Assembly: GCA_963702095.1 (NCBI GenBank)
Contig: OY969706.1
Coordinates: 896,001 to 960,000, forward strand
Length of the DNA stretch: 64,000 nucleotides
Direction: 5' to 3'
DNA from: Candidatus Bathyarchaeota archaeon
Lineage (GTDB): Archaea > Thermoproteota > Bathyarchaeia > Bathyarchaeales > Bathycorpusculaceae
Part shown: positions 59,657-64,000 of the stretch, one piece after another
Layout of the letters: every line of letters begins with the position of its first letter
Position numbering within the stretch: position 1 is the first letter of the stretch
Program-made: the position numbers and the translations under genes
The notes under the pieces: model-generated
Seen by the model: the letters and a program-made list of their open reading frames with translations, nothing else
What the model was told of the DNA's origin: nothing
Databases searched by the model: none

Positions 59657-60892
59657 TTATAAGTTTCCTCCGCTTAGTAACGTCTGCACTTGGGCGTCTG
59701 TTAGGTTATAGTGGAAGAAGTCGGTGTAGAAAGTCTTCACTTGTGCGTTAAGGTCTAAATCCGTTGTTAAGCCTGGGTAAAGCGTGTGCACCATCCAGTA
59801 CATACCCAGAATTTGGCCTGGACCAGGTGGACCATCAAACCATGAATATGGGTTGTCTGGTCTGATTACGACTTTGCCGTCTTTGACTGCATCGAGTTGG
59901 TTCCAAGTTGGGCTATTCATGATTGTGTTGTAAAGTGTTGCTTGACTACCGCGTCCAATGATGATTATCTGTGGATTCCATTGGTAGATTGCTTCCATAG
60001 ACGTTGATGCCATGCCGTAACCTGGTAGCAACGTAACGTTGGCAACGTTTACGCCGCCGCAGAATGATATGAGCATTGTATGCATTGAGCCTTGAGGGTC
60101 AGTGTTTAGTCCTGCTGAGCCTTCCGCATAGTAGACTGTGACTTTGTCGGCAGGTTGAATGTTGTAGACTTTAGAGGTTACATAGTTCATGGCGTCTTGG
60201 TAGTAATCATTGAGTTTCTGCGCTTGTGTCTGTACACCCAGCAAGTTTCCTATGAGGGTAATTTCAGCTTTGTATTGGGTTATATAGTCACCAGCGCTGC
60301 AGCCGATAACTGGAACTGTACCGAACTGTTCTTGCCGTGACGCAAGGGAGTCATTTGTGCTGTCTGTGCCGTCTAAGATGATGTCTGGGTTTGCCACCAA
60401 GAAAGTTTCGACGTTGCCTGTTGATTGCCCATACCAGCCGCCCACAACAGGTATGTCAGCATAGACGTCTGGGACGTATGCTGGGTTGCCATTGTAAGTG
60501 AATGGTAAACCAACGAGTTTGTCTGGTGCAAGCATGTAGACGATTTCTGCTTCGATTGGGCTTGTGCATAACACGCGGTTAATTGTGTATGGAACAGTTA
60601 AGGTTCTGCCATACATGTCGACGACTGTTTTTGACGTTGGAGTCAGCGTGGGGGTAGGTGCAGGCGTGGCTGTAGGGGACGGCTTGGTGGTTGCCTTTGG
60701 AGTGGGGGATGGCGAGGCGGTGGTTATCGGCGAGGGCGACGATGTTGTTGTCGGAGTAGGCGTTGGAGTAGGAGATGTTGAGTCTTTGTTGAGGTACGGC
60801 GGAATCAATATAGCTCCCACCAGTACCACAGTAATTAACACCACAACAGCGGTTACTATTACCAATTGATTTTTCGTAGCTTTTAATCCCAT
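59657..60892 (-). CDS. Class III (Fe-chelate/cobalamin-type) ABC substrate-binding protein
   Basis: TM anchor, PT-rich linker, VDMYGR.L.VP..I.RV, WNPQIII, AVKDGKV, WFD.PP. Confidence 0.9.
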   Translation of the reverse strand: MGLKATKNQLVIVTAVVVLITVVLVGAILIPPYLNKDSTSPTPTPTPTTTSSPSPITTASPSPTPKATTKPSPTATPAPTPTLTPTSKTVVDMYGRTLTVPYTINRVLCTSPIEAEIVYMLAPDKLVGLPFTYNGNPAYVPDVYADIPVVGGWYGQSTGNVETFLVANPDIILDGTDSTNDSLASRQEQFGTVPVIGCSAGDYITQYKAEITLIGNLLGVQTQAQKLNDYYQDAMNYVTSKVYNIQPADKVTVYYAEGSAGLNTDPQGSMHTMLISFCGGVNVANVTLLPGYGMASTSMEAIYQWNPQIIIIGRGSQATLYNTIMNSPTWNQLDAVKDGKVVIRPDNPYSWFDGPPGPGQILGMYWMVHTLYPGLTTDLDLNAQVKTFYTDFFHYNLTDAQVQTLLSGGNL

Positions 60893-60948
60893 TTTGTTAC
60901 CCTTCTCATAACTTTGGGAAAAAACGCTCACGTGAATTCATAAGGCTT

Positions 60949-60968
60949 GGTAAACCGATTCGTTTACC
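60949..60968. promoter_or_regulatory. Palindromic operator upstream of the substrate-binding-protein gene
   Basis: GGTAAAC-N6-GTTTACC directly upstream of a CTTATGAA TATA-like box on the - strand. Confidence 0.7.
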
Positions 60969-61040
60969 TTATCCGTATACCCGAGTGCCCAATTGGGTGG
61001 GCAAGAAAAGAAAACTCTTTAAAGATGGGTCACAAAGGGG

Positions 61041-61706
61041 TTATATCGGATGGTAGTAAGACCCTCTCAGGCAGTTTCTGCATAAAACCTTGTCGCCTTG
61101 CTTAACCCCCATGCCAGTCATAATTTCCTCGCCACATCTCGAGCAGACTACCGCAGGATCCATCCTTGAGGAAATAAGCGGGCTGTCCCATGACACTTCG
61201 ACCGCTTGGTAATCAAGCAAATCTTCGGGCGGCAACTTCATGAAAGCGTTCATTAATATCTGCCGTTCAAGGCGGGACATTGGCTCAACTTTTTGGTCTG
61301 CTGTAATTATATCATCTTTAACTGCCAATGCCAAGGCACGTTCTGTTAAATCTTTCTTTGAATAAACCCTGTACCCCTTCCCTGTTCTGCCGTCGACAAA
61401 AGTCGCAGCTGATTTACCGTAATAGAGCATTTTGAGTTTTCTACTTCCAGCGCTGCATCCAGTGGTGACTTGTATGCCGTCTGCGGGACACTTGTCGTTC
61501 TCAACGAAGACTACGAGGTACTCCCTTTTTTCTTCTTCAGGCAAGTTTAGAAGTTTGAGCCCCATCTGAGCCATCTTAATGCCTAAAGGCAAGCCTAGGC
61601 AGCGGTGGCCTCTTAGGTCTGATGCTTTTTGGATGAGTCCCTCAAAATCGTTAATGTTTATCGGAGGCGCTGCGTGATGTGTGTGCTCTTTTTTGTTGGG
61701 GTACAA
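61041..61706 (-). CDS. FmdE family protein with C-terminal zinc finger
   Basis: GHRCLG..LG, KCPADGIQ.TTGCS.G, YGKSAATF, CSRCGE..CRNC. Confidence 0.88.
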   Translation of the reverse strand: MYPNKKEHTHHAAPPININDFEGLIQKASDLRGHRCLGLPLGIKMAQMGLKLLNLPEEEKREYLVVFVENDKCPADGIQVTTGCSAGSRKLKMLYYGKSAATFVDGRTGKGYRVYSKKDLTERALALAVKDDIITADQKVEPMSRLERQILMNAFMKLPPEDLLDYQAVEVSWDSPLISSRMDPAVVCSRCGEEIMTGMGVKQGDKVLCRNCLRGSYYHPI

Positions 61707-61758
61707 TCTATTTGCTTCCTTTTTAGTTTAGGCTTACCTCGGTTGATTTATAAGTTTT

Positions 61759-61778
61759 CGTAAACCAATCGGATTACC
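61759..61778. promoter_or_regulatory. Second copy of the operator, upstream of fmdE
   Basis: CGTAAAC-N6-GATTACC at the same offset from a CTTATAAA TATA box. Confidence 0.65.
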
Positions 61779-61796
61779 CTTCTAGGCGTTTCTAAA

Positions 61797-62252
61797 TTAA
61801 TGGACAAGCAGTTGCCCGTCCTGCTTTATCCTTACTGCAAGGGGAGAAACTAATCGACATTGTCGGATCTTACCCTTAGACTTAACCAATGCTATTATAC
61901 AATTTTCATCCAGTTTTACCCAAATTCCAAGTGTGTCTCCCCTCAAAAAGATAAGTCTGGGAACATCGTAAATGGAGGTGCGGCTTGGTATCAGGAATAT
62001 TCCATCTTGGTGAAGAGATTCGAAGGCTTCAATCGTTGCCTGTGCAGCCCAGACAACTTTGTACGCGTTACGTTCTATGATGCTTACGTTTACTCTGCTT
62101 GTGCCAAGCATCTTGGCTACTTTTTCCTGTGTGAAGCCACGTTTTCTCAGTAGCAGGACCTCTATTTGGCGGGAAGTGAGGTTTGTGCGGCTCTTTATGG
62201 ATAGTTTGTTACAGTTTTTCCTGACGATTGCTATGTCAGCTGTAGTTAGCAT
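61797..62252 (-). CDS. tfx: Tfx family DNA-binding protein
   Basis: LTSRQIEVL.LR..G.TQ..VA..LGTSR.NVS.IE..A; adjacent to fmdE; start uncertain. Confidence 0.85.
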   Translation of the reverse strand: MLTTADIAIVRKNCNKLSIKSRTNLTSRQIEVLLLRKRGFTQEKVAKMLGTSRVNVSIIERNAYKVVWAAQATIEAFESLHQDGIFLIPSRTSIYDVPRLIFLRGDTLGIWVKLDENCIIALVKSKGKIRQCRLVSPLAVRIKQDGQLLVH

Positions 62253-62686
62253 TTTATTTCCGCCTCAGAATATTTTTTGATTATTTGGTTTGCAGCGTAG
62301 GATAGGGTTACTTTTGAGTCTTTGGTGTAAGCAATGTGTTTGATTTCGTTTTTGGGCTCTGCGGCACCAGTGACTTTCATGAGGTAAACTTTATGGTTGT
62401 CTTTGAAGAAACCGCCTTTTATGCTTCTTTGGATACGCCCGTTATACTCAAAGAGCCAAGCGCACTTGTCTGCTTTTAATCCAGTTTCCTCCTCCAATTC
62501 TCTTAGGGCAGCTTCTCTACGGCTTTCACCCTCTTTAGCTGCTCCTCCTGGCAGATCATATTTTTTGCCGTCTTCGCTAACTACTAATATGCCCCTGCAA
62601 GTATCAACTACCGCCGTTCCCCTTCTTCGACTTCTAAAACGCAGGCACCTCTGCCATCTGCGCGGTCTCTTTTGTGCTTGCTTCAA
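62246..62686 (-). CDS. NUDIX hydrolase
   Basis: LPGG....GES..EAALRELEEETGL Nudix box. Confidence 0.9.
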   Translation of the reverse strand: MKQAQKRPRRWQRCLRFRSRRRGTAVVDTCRGILVVSEDGKKYDLPGGAAKEGESRREAALRELEEETGLKADKCAWLFEYNGRIQRSIKGGFFKDNHKVYLMKVTGAAEPKNEIKHIAYTKDSKVTLSYAANQIIKKYSEAEIKC

Positions 62687-62871
62687 TTCGCGGGCCTCTC
62701 AAACTCGATGTTACTAATTGATAATAACGGTTTTAAGGCTTGCGGCTCAAAGAAACCAAATCCAATATTTGCACTGTTGCCAGATTTTTTTAGTTAATGA
62801 TCTGTCTTTTTTAGGGTACCGCAAGGTTGAAATTTTAAAACGTTGTAGGTTACTCGGACGATGAGAAAATC

Positions 62872-62938
62872 GAGGTACGCCGAAGCTGAAGGTGGGGAAA
62901 TTTAACGCTGGAAGCTAGTGAGTGCTTTTTCCGCTATT
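62872..62938 (+). repeat. ~67-bp imperfect direct repeat, copy 1
   Basis: GAGGTAC..GA.GC..AAGG..GGGAA.TTTA..GCTGGA.GCT.GT.AGTGCTTTTTC.GCTATT shared with 63663-63728. Confidence 0.8.
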
Positions 62939-63143
62939 GAGTCCAAAATTATGAAATACAAAATTTCTGGCATGGCTAATTTTTTCTCAAAAGGTCATTT
63001 TAGCTGTTGTTGAACCGCAGAATCTTTTCATGGCAAGCTCTGCGCTTGCCTCTTTTATGCATTAAACTGGCAAAAATCTTTTAAGCAACACATTATCCTA
63101 GCAAGCAATCGAGTTAGCGGTAAAATTACAAGGAGTATCTAAA

Positions 63144-63500
63144 TTGGCTTCAATGATTGGTAAGAAAAAACTTTACGTTGTGATCTTGGTAGTTGTTCTG
63201 GTTGTAGTGATTGTTGGTGCAGTTGTAGCCTATTTGAATTCAGGTGGAGCAGCACCTAATCTGCCAAATATGGTCGGCACATATTTTGAGCAAACTTCAA
63301 GCGGAGACGGATACACAATAGTTCTCTATGAAAACGGTACCGCAACATTTAGCGTCTACACCGGCACATGGCAACTCGTTAACGCAACAACCTTCGAAGG
63401 CACATACAGTGTGTTCAACGTACCCAGAGATGACTACTTCACAATCACAAACAACGGCTTCACTGCAGTCCAAACGGGAAACGTATACATCAGAAAGTAG
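63144..63500 (+). CDS. Membrane-anchored hypothetical beta-rich protein
   Basis: KKK followed by a Val-rich TM; VGTY..LYENGT..GTW pattern; AGGAG SD. Confidence 0.75.
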   Translation: MASMIGKKKLYVVILVVVLVVVIVGAVVAYLNSGGAAPNLPNMVGTYFEQTSSGDGYTIVLYENGTATFSVYTGTWQLVNATTFEGTYSVFNVPRDDYFTITNNGFTAVQTGNVYIRK

Positions 63501-63662
63501 TCGCATACGCTTCAAACCCTTTTTTTGCTTTAGTGCTTTCTATCAATTCAATCTGGTTTTTTCTGCTTCAATAGCATTGCAGTAAAAAACAACGCCAAGC
63601 ATGCGTACCGTCAACCATGCAGCAAGCGCTTAAAAATATCCTCAGTACATGCTGACCCTATT

Positions 63663-63728
63663 GAGGTACACTGAGGCCAAAGGCTGGGAATTTAGTGCTG
63701 GAGGCTTGTAAGTGCTTTTTCTGCTATT
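63663..63728 (+). repeat. ~67-bp imperfect direct repeat, copy 2
   Basis: Matches 62872-62938 with one gap. Confidence 0.8.
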
Positions 63729-63836
63729 CCCCCTCTTGAGCTTTTAGTGCTCATACTTTGTTCTATTAGCCGTTGCTATAGCAGGGCTTTTATCACTTAG
63801 CCGCCTATTTGTAAGCTATACCTAACTTTGAGGGCT

Positions 63837-64000
63837 ATGGCTATGGCGATTTCAGACACTGTCTGGTTTACTGTTAAAGAAAAGAAGTGGAAAGTCGGTT
63901 ATTTCGGCAAATTCTTCTGGACAGGCAAAGAAGAGTTATGGGATTCCGACAACTGTACCATTAATTTCGCCAGAACCATCACCGGAAAAAGCTTGATTGT
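63837..64000 (+). CDS. Hypothetical protein, truncated by the window end (MAMAISDTVWFTVKEKKWKVG...)
   Basis: Open frame from ATG 63837 to the end of the window; GAGG upstream. Confidence 0.55.
   Translation, partial: MAMAISDTVWFTVKEKKWKVGYFGKFFWTGKEELWDSDNCTINFARTITGKSLI

Noticed and set aside
60640-60790. Repetitive Pro/Thr-coding tract (also near 38720 and 23610)
   Set aside because: Ordinary PT linkers of membrane-anchored proteins, not a DNA repeat array.
1-64000. CRISPR array, tRNA, rRNA, integrase or transposase
   Set aside because: No regularly spaced repeats, tRNA arms or recombinase motifs were recognised by eye. A tRNAscan/Rfam run is needed to exclude them fully.

Overview
Archaeal genomic window, most likely Bathyarchaeia. 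This is an inference from archaeal-type MetRS, Dpo4, Tfx/FmdE, SmsCB, DUF1616, GGTGA/GGAGG Shine-Dalgarno (SD) sites, frequent TTG starts and many C-terminally anchored surface proteins. No rRNA, tRNA, CRISPR array or transposase was recognised. Contents in order: an amino-sugar/surface-glycan cluster (1-7 kb); a CBS-HPF ribosome hibernation factor; a radical SAM-dinB pair behind a 41-bp palindrome; metG; a CysRS paralogue coupled to bcp that lacks two zinc ligands and the anticodon domain; a 1248-aa surface protein with a caspase/gingipain-like His-Cys domain; SmsCB; a five-gene operon built around an unusual reductase-acyl-CoA-synthetase fusion (40.7-47.0 kb); a Moco synthesis plus molybdate uptake island; and a convergent Tfx/FmdE/ABC/CooC metal island with a repeated operator. 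Non-coding signals include a ~130-bp dispersed intergenic element (4 copies) and a 67-bp direct repeat. Four single-base frameshifts in short G/C runs look like assembly errors. Best candidates for undescribed systems are the reductase-synthetase operon, the CysRS-like ligase and the dispersed element. All calls come from motif recognition by eye; no database searches were run.
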